A DNA stretch of 64,000 nucleotides from an uncultured Nitrospiraceae bacterium (GCA_963727775.1 CAVSHB010000002.1:288001-352000), one strand, 5' to 3'. Shown: positions 28,400-38,874, numbered from the stretch's first letter. Notes: generated by a model not told the origin, from the letters alone. A program made the numbers and translations.

Positions 28400-28549
28400 A
28401 GTACCGTGAGTTCCACGGGATTTCAAGCCTGCGGAGTGCCCTCTGATGGGTCTGTACTGTTGTTTGGTGCTGATAGTCATGGCACGTTGAAACAGGAATC
28501 CAGCTTCAAAGCTGCCTACGAGTAGCTTTGAGTAGGTATGGAGGAACGG
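28400..28549 (+). ncRNA. Putative omegaRNA/reRNA scaffold of TnpB
   Basis: ACCGTGAGTTCCACGGG..AAGCCTGCGGAG..GAAACAGGAA..AAAGCTGCCTACGAGTAGCTTT structured right end. Confidence 0.75.
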
Positions 28550-28554
28550 ATATA

Positions 28555-29847
28555 ATGGAGCAGCAGCTGCAGATGGCTGAAAAGGTCAGCGACAAAGCCG
28601 AGATATACTCAGTGGAAAGCATGGCGGATAATGTCTCATTCGAAAACGCGGCTTTAAAAGATATAGACAGCAGTATACAATCCGGGATCAGCCTGAGGAT
28701 CATAAAAAACGGCACTCTGGGGTTTGCATATATAAAAAATCTCATCAACAGGGAGAATCTTATACAGAACGCCCTTGATTCACTTAAGGGAGGAGTTGAT
28801 GGATTATTCGAATTTCCGGAAACAAAGGAACTGCCTTCACTTAATACTTACGACCCATCAATAGAGGGCCTGTCAAACTCGGCAATAGTTGAAGAATGCG
28901 TTAGAATTTGCGGGCTTCTGTCTCAGAAAACCAAAGGCCAATTAAACGTGTCGGCCCGGCGCTCAATAAGCGGCATAAGGATTATGAACAGTTCCGGCAC
29001 GGATGTTTCCCTGAAGTCTTCCGCGTATGTCCTGGATGTGCAGATACTTTATCCTTATTCTTATGCCTCCTTGCATCGTCCCCTTATATCTAAAGCATTC
29101 GAAAAGGCCCCTGTTGAATATCTGGATTATCTTGCGGATACATATAATCAGTCTGTTAAGGAATTGGTCCCTGAAGGGAAAAAGATGAAGGTCCTGTTTT
29201 TGCCTGAAACAGTATATCTTTTGATGTGGAGAGTCCAGACGGCAACGAGCGGTCAGAGTATTTACCAAAATATTTCTCCTGTAGCAAATAAAGCCGGTGA
29301 AAAAATATTCGATGACAAGCTCTCTGTATTTGATGAGCCATTAGATGACTCTCTCCCCGGTGCGAGGGCATTTGACGATGAAGGGACCCCGTGCAACCCG
29401 TTTACGGTAATTGAAAAGGGCGTGCTGAAAAACTTTTATCACGACCTTTACTTTGCCCAAAAACTGAAGGCATTGCCGACAGGGCACGGGTTCAAAGGCT
29501 CGATATCTTCAAAGCCTGTCCCGTCGCTCCATCACCTTTCAATATCACCCGGCAATGTGCCATTTTCTGATCTCCTGCATTCCATTGATAGAGGGATAAT
29601 CGTTGCGGGTGCTCTGGGAGCGCACAGCGGCAACATCCCGAACGGAGATTTTTCAATCGGGGTCTCTCCCGGGCTCTATGTCGAAGAAGGTAATATCATC
29701 GGGCATGTGAAAGACGCGATGGTTGCCGGGAATATATATGAAGTATTGAGAAATATCTGCGGGATAGAAGATACGAGCTACCCGAGTTTCGGAGGCAATT
29801 TCCCTTCTTTGTTATTTGACAATATTCCTGTGACGGTAAAACAATAG
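28555..29847 (+). CDS. pmbA: PmbA/TldE protein
   Basis: G.SLRI..NG.LGFA, FDDEG.P, TGHG, GDFS; lacks HExxH; ATG at 28555. Confidence 0.9.
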   Translation: MEQQLQMAEKVSDKAEIYSVESMADNVSFENAALKDIDSSIQSGISLRIIKNGTLGFAYIKNLINRENLIQNALDSLKGGVDGLFEFPETKELPSLNTYDPSIEGLSNSAIVEECVRICGLLSQKTKGQLNVSARRSISGIRIMNSSGTDVSLKSSAYVLDVQILYPYSYASLHRPLISKAFEKAPVEYLDYLADTYNQSVKELVPEGKKMKVLFLPETVYLLMWRVQTATSGQSIYQNISPVANKAGEKIFDDKLSVFDEPLDDSLPGARAFDDEGTPCNPFTVIEKGVLKNFYHDLYFAQKLKALPTGHGFKGSISSKPVPSLHHLSISPGNVPFSDLLHSIDRGIIVAGALGAHSGNIPNGDFSIGVSPGLYVEEGNIIGHVKDAMVAGNIYEVLRNICGIEDTSYPSFGGNFPSLLFDNIPVTVKQ

Positions 29848-29869
29848 AATTCAGGAACGAAGCCTTTTA

Positions 29870-30409
29870 TTAAATTTCATTTATCGTCAGCATCTGCCGG
29901 AGCTCTTCAATCAAGCCGACCTGCCCCTGATTGATTTTCTTTTTTGCCTCTGCGACCTCAAACCATGCGGCTTTATCTACTTCGGGAAATTCCTGCTGCC
30001 TGCCCGACCCGGCAGGCCATTCCATCGCAAAGGTATTACTTCTGACAGCCATTGGATCGCAATTTCCTTCGGCAGCCCATGCCTGTATCAATTTCCCGCT
30101 TTTCATCTTCGCGGGGGTAAGTTGAATAAGATGTCCGGAGACCTTAAACCCTGTTTCTTCCTTGAACTCACGCAATGCGGCTTCCAGAGGATCTTCGCCC
30201 GGATCAATTAACCCTTTCGGAATAGACCATGCGCCGATATCTTTATTGACCCAAAAAGGTCCGCCCGGATGGACCAGCAAAACCTGAATAGCTCCGGCAT
30301 GATAGCGATACATGAATATCCCCGCGCTGATCTTCGATATCGCTTTGTTGTTTTTCAATTTTTTTGAAATAGGTGAGGTCAACGGGAATTTTTGCAGAAG
30401 GTGATTCAT
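29870..30409 (-). CDS. NUDIX hydrolase (true start likely downstream of 30409)
   Basis: [33 protein letters not shown]. Confidence 0.9.
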   Translation of the reverse strand: MNHLLQKFPLTSPISKKLKNNKAISKISAGIFMYRYHAGAIQVLLVHPGGPFWVNKDIGAWSIPKGLIDPGEDPLEAALREFKEETGFKVSGHLIQLTPAKMKSGKLIQAWAAEGNCDPMAVRSNTFAMEWPAGSGRQQEFPEVDKAAWFEVAEAKKKINQGQVGLIEELRQMLTINEI

Positions 30410-30808
30410 TTAATTAAGTTCATCTTTGAGCTTTTTACATTCCAACGGGTCGATATCACAAAAACCTATTTCATCGGCTTCATCACATGTGTCGCATATT
30501 TCCCAGTGTTCGCAGTGGATATCATTCATTAAAGGCCTGCCGCATTCTGAACACCATAAATATCCGCACTTCATGCAAAGCCCCACTGTGAAATCCTCTA
30601 TGCCGTCTACACTGTCGCAGTCTTTTGTGTTAGTGCTGCCGCATTTCGGGCAATCGCCTATCATCACTTCTGCAATAAATTGTTCTTCGGAGATTGCCGA
30701 GGATTCCTCTATGGCCTTTTGTAAGGCTTCCTGTACATCTTTGGGCAAAGAATTCCATACTTCCCAAAAACTGTCTTTATCTTCCATCCGCCCCTCTTCT
30801 TCTTGCAT
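30410..30808 (-). CDS. Acidic cysteine-rich hypothetical protein
   Basis: CPKC, CMKC, CSEC, C.H..ICDTC and further Cys in 132 aa. Confidence 0.7.
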   Translation of the reverse strand: MQEEEGRMEDKDSFWEVWNSLPKDVQEALQKAIEESSAISEEQFIAEVMIGDCPKCGSTNTKDCDSVDGIEDFTVGLCMKCGYLWCSECGRPLMNDIHCEHWEICDTCDEADEIGFCDIDPLECKKLKDELN

Positions 30809-30988
30809 AACTTATATCTATATTAATTATATCTTGAAATCTAAAAAGATTTCAGCAGATTTCGTATCCTTAACCCGAAAAATGCAGATATTGTTCAAAA
30901 AATTATTTAACTCGATGAATTTATCGAGAATATCGTTATGCTGGTAGTCATAAAAGATTCCTGGGGTCATTTGTTAAAGGTACACTAA

Positions 30989-32266
30989 GTGCCCTGCTTC
31001 ATAAATTCGGTCACGTATTTCCCAGAGCTATGCGGCTAATGGAAAATGTACTATTGTAACCCTGCTTATCTTTTTGAGCAATTTGCCAAGATCCTGTCTT
31101 GTAAACTTCCACTCGAACGGCGTGGCGATTTTTTCATAATATTGTTCGAAGGAAATCAATCGGTTTTCAAGGGCCGAAAGCGAAGGGAAGGCATTAGGGG
31201 TCAGGGCTTTCCTTTGCAGGATCGAAAAATAGATTTCGATCTGATTCAGCCAGCTGGCATGAACTGGCCCATGAACAAGCTCCAGATTCGGATGCCTTTC
31301 CTTCAGTCGTGCGACCGACTTTACGCCGCGATGTGAGGAACCGTTGTCGACAATCCAGAAAACCCGTCTGGCTTCGTTATAGGGCGATTGTGCCATAACC
31401 TGCATCACTAATCGGTCGAATGGTGCAATCCCACTTTTTCTCTCGCAGCGTCCGAAAACTTTTGCCCGGTGAACATCGAGTGCAGCGATATATGCCCACG
31501 CACCGCATCGTTTGTACTCATGTTCCACCCTCATGGATGCACCTTGCGCTGGTGGCAGTGTTGGATGACGCCGAGATCGGGCCTGAATGCTTGTCTTCTC
31601 ATCAGCCGATAGGACAAATTCGTCGTCTTTTAGGCATTTTTTATTCCAAACCCTCTCGTAAAGGTCGAGAATACGACCAGCTTTCGCAGTAAATTCAGGA
31701 TCACGAGGAAAAATCCAGCAACGATGCTGCCACGGACGGATAGCATCTTCATTGAGCCAACGCCATACTGTGCAATCACTGATAGTAGAGACTAGTCCAG
31801 TCCGACGAGCCTCGCGAGTAATATCCGCTACACTGAATCGTGAGAGTGGGAGATTGTGTGTAGCAGGCAATTCGCAGGCCAGTGCCTTAATGCTCATGAC
31901 CAGCTCTGGGGGAAAAAGCCCGAGGCCGACCCGAGCGAGGGCGTTCTTCAATACCGTGCAACCGTTCTTCAAAAAAACGTTTTCTCCACATGCTGACAAC
32001 CTCCCGCCGCGTATTCAAACGGTGGGCTATTTCGTCGTTCGTTAACCCATCCGCGGCCAATAGAATCATCTTGGCGCGAAGTACTTGATAATACGGTAAC
32101 GTATATTTTGTGGCACATCTCATCAAGTGTTCCACTTCCTCTGGCGTCAGCCTTATGCTATATGGACTTTTCCTTGGCATTGATGACCTCCTTACGATCA
32201 ATCATGCCATATTCGATTCTATTTAGCAAGCTAATATTACGTTAGTGTAGTTATGATATTATGTAC
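30989..32266 (-). mobile_element. IS630-family insertion sequence
   Basis: Imperfect TIR GTGCCCTGCTTCATAA / TTATGATATTATGTAC; flanked by TAA in a CTAAG context; empty site CTTAG at 40886-40890. Confidence 0.9.
31028..32180 (-). CDS. IS630 transposase expressed across a T5C5 frameshift site (orfA 31887-32180, orfB to 31028)
   Basis: orfA HTH ..RSGRPRAF; orfB PPELV..ADEKTSIQA..VDNGSSH..SWLNQIE; TTTTTCCCCC on minus strand at 31908-31917. Confidence 0.88.
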
Positions 32267-32287
32267 TAAGGTATCGAAAAATAATTA

Positions 32288-32430
32288 ATTAATCTCCATA
32301 CCCCGCCGTCTCTGCGGCGGGCACCTTACATCGTCGGGGTGCAGGGCGTCGGAGCGAAGCGCAGACCCTTGCCGACCCACGGGGTCTAATACCCCGCGGT
32401 GTCGAAACGAGCAAAGCGAGTTTAGTTTAT
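32288..32430. repeat. ~140-bp GC-rich multi-hairpin insertion (REP or IS200/605-end-like)
   Basis: CCCGCCG-tctctg-CGGCGGG, CCACGGGGT-ctaat-ACCCCGCGG, GCGAAGC; absent from the 40.9-kb copy. Confidence 0.65.
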
Positions 32431-32501
32431 TTCACAACACCCGCATTTTTCTAATTGCAGTCTTTGGATGAATAACATGGGTCTCATGATATACTTTGCA
32501 T

Positions 32502-34214
32502 ATGAAGAACCGGGAGATTGCGAGTATCTTCAATGATATTGCCGACCTGCTCGAGATCAAAGGTGAAAACCCATTCAGGATAAGGGCTTACAGACGCGCC
32601 GCGCTGAATTTGGAAAGTCTTGCCAGGGATGTTGCTGAGACGTCTAAAGACGAGTTGATGGAAGTCCCCGGCATCGGGCAGGACCTTGCGGGAAAAATTG
32701 AAGAATATGTGAAGACAGGAAGGCTGGAGTTTTATGAAGACCTTAAGAAAGGAGTGCCTGAAGGCCTCGGTGTGCTTCTGTCTGTCCCCGGCCTTGGCCC
32801 GAAAACCGCAAAGCTTCTTGCCGAAAAACTGAAGATAAAAAACCTGGGAGACCTTGAACGTTTTGCGAGGGAGCACAAACTCAGCGGCCTGCCGGGGATT
32901 AAGGAAAAGACAGAGGAGAATATCCTGAAAGGCATCGGGATGTTGAAACGAGGGATGGAGAGGCAGCCGTTGGGGAAGGTGCTGCCCGTTGCAAACGATA
33001 TTTTAGACCATCTCGGAAAGAAAGCCCCCGTTAATAAGATCATTGTCGCAGGGAGTATCAGGAGATGGAAAGATACGGTTAAAGACATTGATATCCTCGC
33101 TACGTCACGGGACCCGAAGGCTGTTATGAGCGCCTTTATTCATCTGCCCCATGTCAAAGATGTCCTCATGCACGGCCCGACAAAATCGAGTGTCATAATA
33201 CACGAAGGTCTTCAGGTTGATCTTCGTGTTGTTGAAGAGGAGAGCTTCGGCGCCGCTCTGGCATATTTTACAGGAAGCAAAGCCCATAATATCAGATTGA
33301 GAGAAATGGCGGTCAAAGCCGGCCTGAAGATAAATGAATACGGCATATTCAGGGAGAAGGACGATCAAAAAATCGGCGGCAGCAAAGAGGAAGATGTTTA
33401 CAGGATACTCGGGCTTCCCTACATCCCACCCGAGTTGAGGGAAGATTCAGGGGAGATAGAAGCGGCAAGAGAAGGCAGGCTGCCAAATCTTGTCGCTTTA
33501 AGTGACATAAAAGGTGACCTCCATGTGCATACGAAACGAAGTGACGGGAGCCATGATTTTGAAGAATTGATTGCAATAGCGAGACAAAGAGGATATGAAT
33601 ATATAGCAATAACAGACCACTCCAAGGGTCTCGGCATTGCGAGGGGACTGAATGAAGAAAGACTGATAGAGGAGAAAAGGGAGATAGAGGCGTTTAATAA
33701 AAAGTTAAAGGGGTTCAAACTATTGGCCGGCGTGGAGGTGGATATACTAAGCGACGGACATATGGATCTGCCCGATGAAATTCTGAAACAGTTGGACATT
33801 GTGGTTGCATCGATTCATTCAGGATTCAGGCAGAGCAGAGACCGTATTACACAAAGAATAGTGTCTGCCTTGAGAAACCCTTATGTATCGGTGATAGCAC
33901 ATCCAACCGGACGGCTAATCGGAGAACGCGACCCGTATGACGTCGATATGGCCGAGGTTCTCAGGGTTGCCGCTGAAACAGGAACGGCAATGGAAATCAA
34001 TGCTTATCCCCTCAGGCTGGATTTAAGCGACATGCATGCAAAGATGGCAAAAGAAATGGGGGTGCCTGTTGTAATAAGCACAGATACCCATGTGACCGAC
34101 CAGTTTTCTTATATGTCTTATGGGGTATCGATTGCAAGAAGGGGTTGGATAGAGAAAAAGGATGTTCTGAATACAATGAGTTATAATAGTTTGATAAAAG
34201 CTTTAAAAAAGTGA
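32502..34214 (+). CDS. polX: DNA polymerase X with PHP 3'-5' exonuclease domain
   Basis: GENPFRIRAY, AGSIRR..DIDIL, YFTGSK.HN, DLHVHT..SDG, TDHS, AHPTGR, TDTH. Confidence 0.95.
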   Translation: MKNREIASIFNDIADLLEIKGENPFRIRAYRRAALNLESLARDVAETSKDELMEVPGIGQDLAGKIEEYVKTGRLEFYEDLKKGVPEGLGVLLSVPGLGPKTAKLLAEKLKIKNLGDLERFAREHKLSGLPGIKEKTEENILKGIGMLKRGMERQPLGKVLPVANDILDHLGKKAPVNKIIVAGSIRRWKDTVKDIDILATSRDPKAVMSAFIHLPHVKDVLMHGPTKSSVIIHEGLQVDLRVVEEESFGAALAYFTGSKAHNIRLREMAVKAGLKINEYGIFREKDDQKIGGSKEEDVYRILGLPYIPPELREDSGEIEAAREGRLPNLVALSDIKGDLHVHTKRSDGSHDFEELIAIARQRGYEYIAITDHSKGLGIARGLNEERLIEEKREIEAFNKKLKGFKLLAGVEVDILSDGHMDLPDEILKQLDIVVASIHSGFRQSRDRITQRIVSALRNPYVSVIAHPTGRLIGERDPYDVDMAEVLRVAAETGTAMEINAYPLRLDLSDMHAKMAKEMGVPVVISTDTHVTDQFSYMSYGVSIARRGWIEKKDVLNTMSYNSLIKALKK

Positions 34215-34288
34215 GATATAATGAGATATCTGGAATAGAAATTGCTATTATATTCATTTTTAAATAAAATTGCGATAATCGGGAAATA

Positions 34289-35698
34289 ATGAAAAAAGAA
34301 ATATTCGTTTATGAGAGAGATGAAGATGTCCTTAAGTTTTTGAAATATTTCTTTAAGGGAAAAGATGCGTATTCGGCCCGTTTTATTAAAGAAAGGGATA
34401 TCTTAAAACAAAGGCTGAAAAAGAAAGCGCCTGATGTCCTGATCATAGGCAGCACTGACGGGCTCAGGCATCTGACCTCTTCGGAGATTCAATGTCCCAT
34501 CATAGCCGTTCTTCCCCCGGTTAAAGACGATAAAACCGTCGGCGCCGGTTCTGCGGTAAAACCGGAGGTGGATTGTTATCTGCTCAGTCCGTTCCATAAG
34601 GACGACCTTGATAATAAACTCATGACGGCAGTTAAGGGACAGCACTGGTTTGATATTTTTTACCGGGAAAAGAAAGACTTGCAGGCCATTATTGAGCTTA
34701 CCTCCATCATTTCTTCGACTCTCAATCCCAAAGAAGTGCTCTATCATATTGTGAAGAAATTGTCTGAAATTGTTCAATTGACGCGGTGTTCCATGATAAG
34801 CATAAATGCCGATAATCAGAGATTTGCGAATATCGTTTCTTCATTCGAAGACCCGTCGATCACGAACTTGAAAATCGATCTCCGGAAATATCCGGAAATA
34901 AAAAAGGCATTGTCCGTTAAAAAGCTCATACTGATCAAAGACGCGCAAAGGGACCCTCTGATGAAAGAGGTTAGGGACATTATTGCTCCGATAGGAATTC
35001 GTTCTATTATTGTGGTCCCCGTGATCTTTCGCGACGAGGTCATAGGCTCCTTATTGTTGAGGACGTCAAGGGCGGGCCACTCTTTTACGAAAAGAGAAAT
35101 AAAACTCTGCACCGCTTTTGCTAATTCCTCTGCGCACGCCCTGTATAATGCATTCTTGTATGAAAGTCTTGATAAGGAGAAGTCAAAGATAGAGAGGCTT
35201 GCGATCACGGACTATCTGACGGGCGTTTACAACATCAGATATTTCTACAACAGGCTTCAGGAAGAATTCAGTAGGGCTGAAAGGTATAAAATCCCCTTAA
35301 GTTGCATAATGTTCGATATCGACTATTTCAAAAAGATCAACGATACCTATGGACACAGGGTCGGAGATATGGTGCTCAGGGAATTTGCGCAATTTGTTAA
35401 GACGCGCACGAGAAAGTCCGATGTCTTCGCCAGATACGGAGGGGAAGAGTTTATCATGCTCCTGCCCCAGACAACGGCTAAAGGCGCGCTTTCCGAGGCA
35501 GAGCGACTTAAAGAGGCTGTCGGGTCACATCGGTTCCATGCCGATCATGGGGAGATCCGCATAGCGATTAGTATGGGGATATCATGCAGTCCTCATAAGA
35601 AGATAAAAAACTACGATGATCTAATAAATTCCGCTGACAATTCCTTATATGTTGCTAAGGCCAAGGGACGCGATCGGATCGTAGTAACCCCTTCTTAA
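34289..35698 (+). CDS. Diguanylate cyclase (degenerate REC-GAF-GGDEF)
   Basis: TDYLTG, DIDYFK.IND.YGH..GD, RxxD I-site (RKSD), RYGGEEF. Confidence 0.92.
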   Translation: MKKEIFVYERDEDVLKFLKYFFKGKDAYSARFIKERDILKQRLKKKAPDVLIIGSTDGLRHLTSSEIQCPIIAVLPPVKDDKTVGAGSAVKPEVDCYLLSPFHKDDLDNKLMTAVKGQHWFDIFYREKKDLQAIIELTSIISSTLNPKEVLYHIVKKLSEIVQLTRCSMISINADNQRFANIVSSFEDPSITNLKIDLRKYPEIKKALSVKKLILIKDAQRDPLMKEVRDIIAPIGIRSIIVVPVIFRDEVIGSLLLRTSRAGHSFTKREIKLCTAFANSSAHALYNAFLYESLDKEKSKIERLAITDYLTGVYNIRYFYNRLQEEFSRAERYKIPLSCIMFDIDYFKKINDTYGHRVGDMVLREFAQFVKTRTRKSDVFARYGGEEFIMLLPQTTAKGALSEAERLKEAVGSHRFHADHGEIRIAISMGISCSPHKKIKNYDDLINSADNSLYVAKAKGRDRIVVTPS

Positions 35699-35720
35699 GA
35701 AAGACCTTGGATTATTTCTT

Positions 35721-35796
35721 AAGGGTATATTAAGAAATCGAAAAATAACTTTTCCACAATCCCGATATCCATCGGGACATTATCTCAATTGCAATT
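35721..35796 (+). repeat. Degenerate right part of MITE family 2 with an inserted TCCCGAT..ATCGGGA hairpin
   Basis: AAGGGTATATTAAGAAATCGAAAAATAACTTTTCCACAA..CATTATCTCAATTGCAATT resembles 40877-40940. Confidence 0.5.
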
Positions 35797-35815
35797 TTTA
35801 GGTTAAAATAGACCT

Positions 35816-38422
35816 ATGGATATAATAACCTCACATATAAATGCTGACTTCGATTCTCTTGCCTCAATGGTGGCTGCGAAGAAACTGTATCCAAAAGCGG
35901 AAATAGTTTTTCCCGGTTCCCAGGAGAAGAAACTCAGAGATTTTCTTGAGGTGTTCCATCCCACAACGATAAAACGCATAAAGGACATAGATCTTTCGAA
36001 GGTCACAAGGCTTATTATCGTAGACACAAAGCTGCCCGGAAGGATCGGTCCTTTGGCTGAACTGCTTTCCAATAAGAACATAAAAATACATATCTATGAC
36101 CACCACCCGTTTAGTAAAGGTGATATCAGAGGTGAGGTTGAGGTAATCGAGAAGGTCGGGGCGACCGCGACCATTTTTGCGGAGATGCTGAAAAACAAAA
36201 AATTACACCCTGCGCCGATGGAAGCGACCATACTCGCATTGGGGATATATGAAGAGACAGGCTGTCTCCTTTTCCCTTCAACAACGGAGAGAGACCTCCT
36301 TGCCGCCGCATATCTCCTTAAAAGAGGGGCCAACCTGAATATTGCATCAAACTTCCTGAAGATGGAAATGAGCATGGAAGAATTCGATGTCCTGAACGAG
36401 CTTGTCCAGTCATCGAAGGAGTTTGTTATACAGGGGATCAGGATAAAGATAGGGAAGGCTTCACGAGAACAGTACCTTGGAGACGCGGCGCATTTTGCGC
36501 ACAGGATGATGGACATGGAAGATATAGACGCAGTGATTGTCCTTCTGAGTATGGACGGGAAGATACTGATGGTCGCAAGGAGCAAGGTCCCCGAGCTTGA
36601 TGTATCGAAAGTGATGAAGGAGTTTGGAGGAGGAGGGCATCCGACTGCTGCTTCGGCAACAATAAAAGAGGCGTCTCTCGAAGTCGTTGAAGAGAGACTG
36701 ATCGATATGCTGGATTCATCCGTAAAACCCGGGAAGGTTGCAGCCGATATCATGACCCGCCCCGTCATCAGCGTTCAGTCTGATGTGCCCGTCAAGGATG
36801 CAGAGTCAATGATGACGCGGTATGGTGTTAATGTGCTGCCGGTCCTGGAGGGTGAAATCTATGCGGGTCTTATATCGCGCGAGATTGTGGAGAAGGCCTT
36901 ATTCCATGGTTTCGGGAAAAGCCGGGCGATAGATTTTTCGACGCCTGACGCGATAATTGTAGATCCGTCCGCCCCGATCAGAATGATAGAGACATTGATG
37001 ATCGAACAGAACCAGAGGTTCATGCCGGTTGTCGAGGACGGCAGGATTATCGGCGCAATAACGAGGACGGACCTGCTCCGCACTCTTTATGAAGAATTCC
37101 TCAGGAGGAGGAGGATAGAAGAAACCGTTACAAAGGAAAAGCCGACTATCGGGAGAAATTTATCTTCATGGCTCAAAGATAAGTTCCCGCCGGAGGTATA
37201 CGGCCTCCTGAAACTTTCAGGAGAGGTAGCTGAAGAGTTGGGATTCGGCGCATATATTGTCGGAGGATCGGTGAGGGACCTGCTGCGGGGCGAAGCAAAC
37301 CTTGATATTGATATCGTTATCGAAGGGGACGGTATTTCATTTGCAAGGGCATTCGGTGAAAGGCTGAGCGCAAAGGTGAGGACACATCAAAAGTTTGCTA
37401 CTGCTCAGATCATCACTGATAAAATGAAACTCGACGTCGCAACTGCAAGGACGGAATACTACGAATCACCCGCGGCCTTGCCCAAGGTCGAGACGTCATC
37501 CATTAAGAAAGACCTTTACAGAAGAGACTTTACTATAAATACCCTCGCTATTAAATTAAACCCGAGGGATTTCGGCTTTCTCATAGATTTTTTCGGCGGA
37601 CAGAGGGACTTAAGAGAGAAAGCGATCAGGGTGCTTCATAATCTCAGTTTTGTTGAAGATCCTACAAGGGCGTTCCGCGCGGTCAGATTTTCTGAAAGGT
37701 TCGGATTTAAGATCAGCAGGCATACGGAAAACCTTATTAAATCCGCTATTGAGATGAACCTATTCAACATGCTTTCAGGCCCGAGACTCTATGAAGAACT
37801 CCGCCTGGCATTTCATGAGACCGAGCCGATCAAAACATTGAGGAAACTTTCCGATATGGGCCTCCTGAAGGTCATACATCCCAGTCTTGTGTTTACAATA
37901 GAGCTTGAAACAACGCTCAAAGCGATGCAGGAGACACTCTCATGGTTTAACCTTCTTTTTCTCGAAGAAAAGACAGACAAAGGGGTCCTCTATCTTATGG
38001 CTTTACTTGCGGGGTTAAAGGAGGAGGATATAAAGGCTGTTGTGGATAGGCTGGCGCCGCCGCCAAGAGTGAGGGAGGTGATTTTGCAGGGAATTCCTCT
38101 GGCAAAGAACATATTGCGGAAGTTTCCCACTGGTGATCCGGTGGAGATACATAAACTCCTGAGCAATCTTAAACTCGAAGTTGTCCTGGTTTTGATGGCA
38201 CTGAGCAAAGACAGAGAAAAGCAGAAGATGATATCCCATTATCTTACTGAATTGAGGAACGTTAAGACGGTCTTTAAGGGAGAGGACTTAAAGAGAATGG
38301 GTATTCATCCGGGGCCGGTCTATTCAAAAATTCTCACGAAACTCCTCGAAGAAAAGCTCAGGGGCAATCTTACAACGAGAGAAGATGAAGAGAAATTTGT
38401 AGAAGAATTTGTTAAAGGATAA
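35816..38422 (+). CDS. DHH-CBS-tRNA nucleotidyltransferase fusion (A-adding/CCA-type)
   Basis: H.NADFD, DHH, GGGH, CBS pair, VGG.VRD..DIDI, RRDFTIN, EDPTR. Confidence 0.92.
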   Translation: MDIITSHINADFDSLASMVAAKKLYPKAEIVFPGSQEKKLRDFLEVFHPTTIKRIKDIDLSKVTRLIIVDTKLPGRIGPLAELLSNKNIKIHIYDHHPFSKGDIRGEVEVIEKVGATATIFAEMLKNKKLHPAPMEATILALGIYEETGCLLFPSTTERDLLAAAYLLKRGANLNIASNFLKMEMSMEEFDVLNELVQSSKEFVIQGIRIKIGKASREQYLGDAAHFAHRMMDMEDIDAVIVLLSMDGKILMVARSKVPELDVSKVMKEFGGGGHPTAASATIKEASLEVVEERLIDMLDSSVKPGKVAADIMTRPVISVQSDVPVKDAESMMTRYGVNVLPVLEGEIYAGLISREIVEKALFHGFGKSRAIDFSTPDAIIVDPSAPIRMIETLMIEQNQRFMPVVEDGRIIGAITRTDLLRTLYEEFLRRRRIEETVTKEKPTIGRNLSSWLKDKFPPEVYGLLKLSGEVAEELGFGAYIVGGSVRDLLRGEANLDIDIVIEGDGISFARAFGERLSAKVRTHQKFATAQIITDKMKLDVATARTEYYESPAALPKVETSSIKKDLYRRDFTINTLAIKLNPRDFGFLIDFFGGQRDLREKAIRVLHNLSFVEDPTRAFRAVRFSERFGFKISRHTENLIKSAIEMNLFNMLSGPRLYEELRLAFHETEPIKTLRKLSDMGLLKVIHPSLVFTIELETTLKAMQETLSWFNLLFLEEKTDKGVLYLMALLAGLKEEDIKAVVDRLAPPPRVREVILQGIPLAKNILRKFPTGDPVEIHKLLSNLKLEVVLVLMALSKDREKQKMISHYLTELRNVKTVFKGEDLKRMGIHPGPVYSKILTKLLEEKLRGNLTTREDEEKFVEEFVKG

Positions 38423-38456
38423 CCTCTCTTTGAGTTTTCCGCAAACTGTCTGTAAT

Positions 38457-38762
38457 TTATTTTTTCAGTGATTTCCCTATTCTTTTTTCTATTGATTTTA
38501 CCTTTTCATCTATCCTGTTGCGTTTCCCCTTCCTGTCATCGATAGATATCGTTGTAAGCGCTCTTTCCCCTTTTTTCATTACAGCCATATGGCATTTCTT
38601 GATGAGCTTTATTATCTCATCCCATTCGCCTTCAACAACCGTGCCCATCGGGTTAATCTTGTAAGGGAGACCGCTTGCATCGACGATCTTCAATACTTCC
38701 GCGAGACGGTCGCCTATACTGCTGCCCATACCTATTGGAACTATGCTGAATTCCGCAAGCAT
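38457..38762 (-). CDS. MTH1187/YqgV thiamine-binding family protein
   Basis: AEFSIVP.G, SGLPY...PMGTVVEG.W, I.ID.R. Confidence 0.9.
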   Translation of the reverse strand: MLAEFSIVPIGMGSSIGDRLAEVLKIVDASGLPYKINPMGTVVEGEWDEIIKLIKKCHMAVMKKGERALTTISIDDRKGKRNRIDEKVKSIEKRIGKSLKK

Positions 38763-38829
38763 ACAACACCTCCTTGGCTGATTAAATACACACTATAAAA
38801 AGTGATGATAGCAAAAGGTTTCTTAAAAG

Positions 38830-38859
38830 AAAAGGGGCAAGAATAACTCGCCCCTTTTT
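38830..38859. terminator. Intrinsic terminator downstream of HU
   Basis: AAAAGGGGCAAG-aataa-CTCGCCCCTTTT. Confidence 0.7.
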
Positions 38860-38874
38860 ATGAAAGCTATTATA

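Larger units (their letters stand above)
26510..28549 (+). mobile_element. IS607-family element between tldD and pmbA (left end uncertain by about 3 nt)
   Basis: tnpA serine recombinase + tnpB; right end TTTGAGTAGGTATGGAGGAACGG; no TIR or TSD; splits a tldD-pmbA operon. Confidence 0.88.
30877..32451. repeat. MITE-like family 2, copy 1, interrupted by IS630 and a ~140-bp palindromic element
   Basis: 30877-30988 and 32270-32287/32431-32451 align with the intact copy at 40774-40929. Confidence 0.85.
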
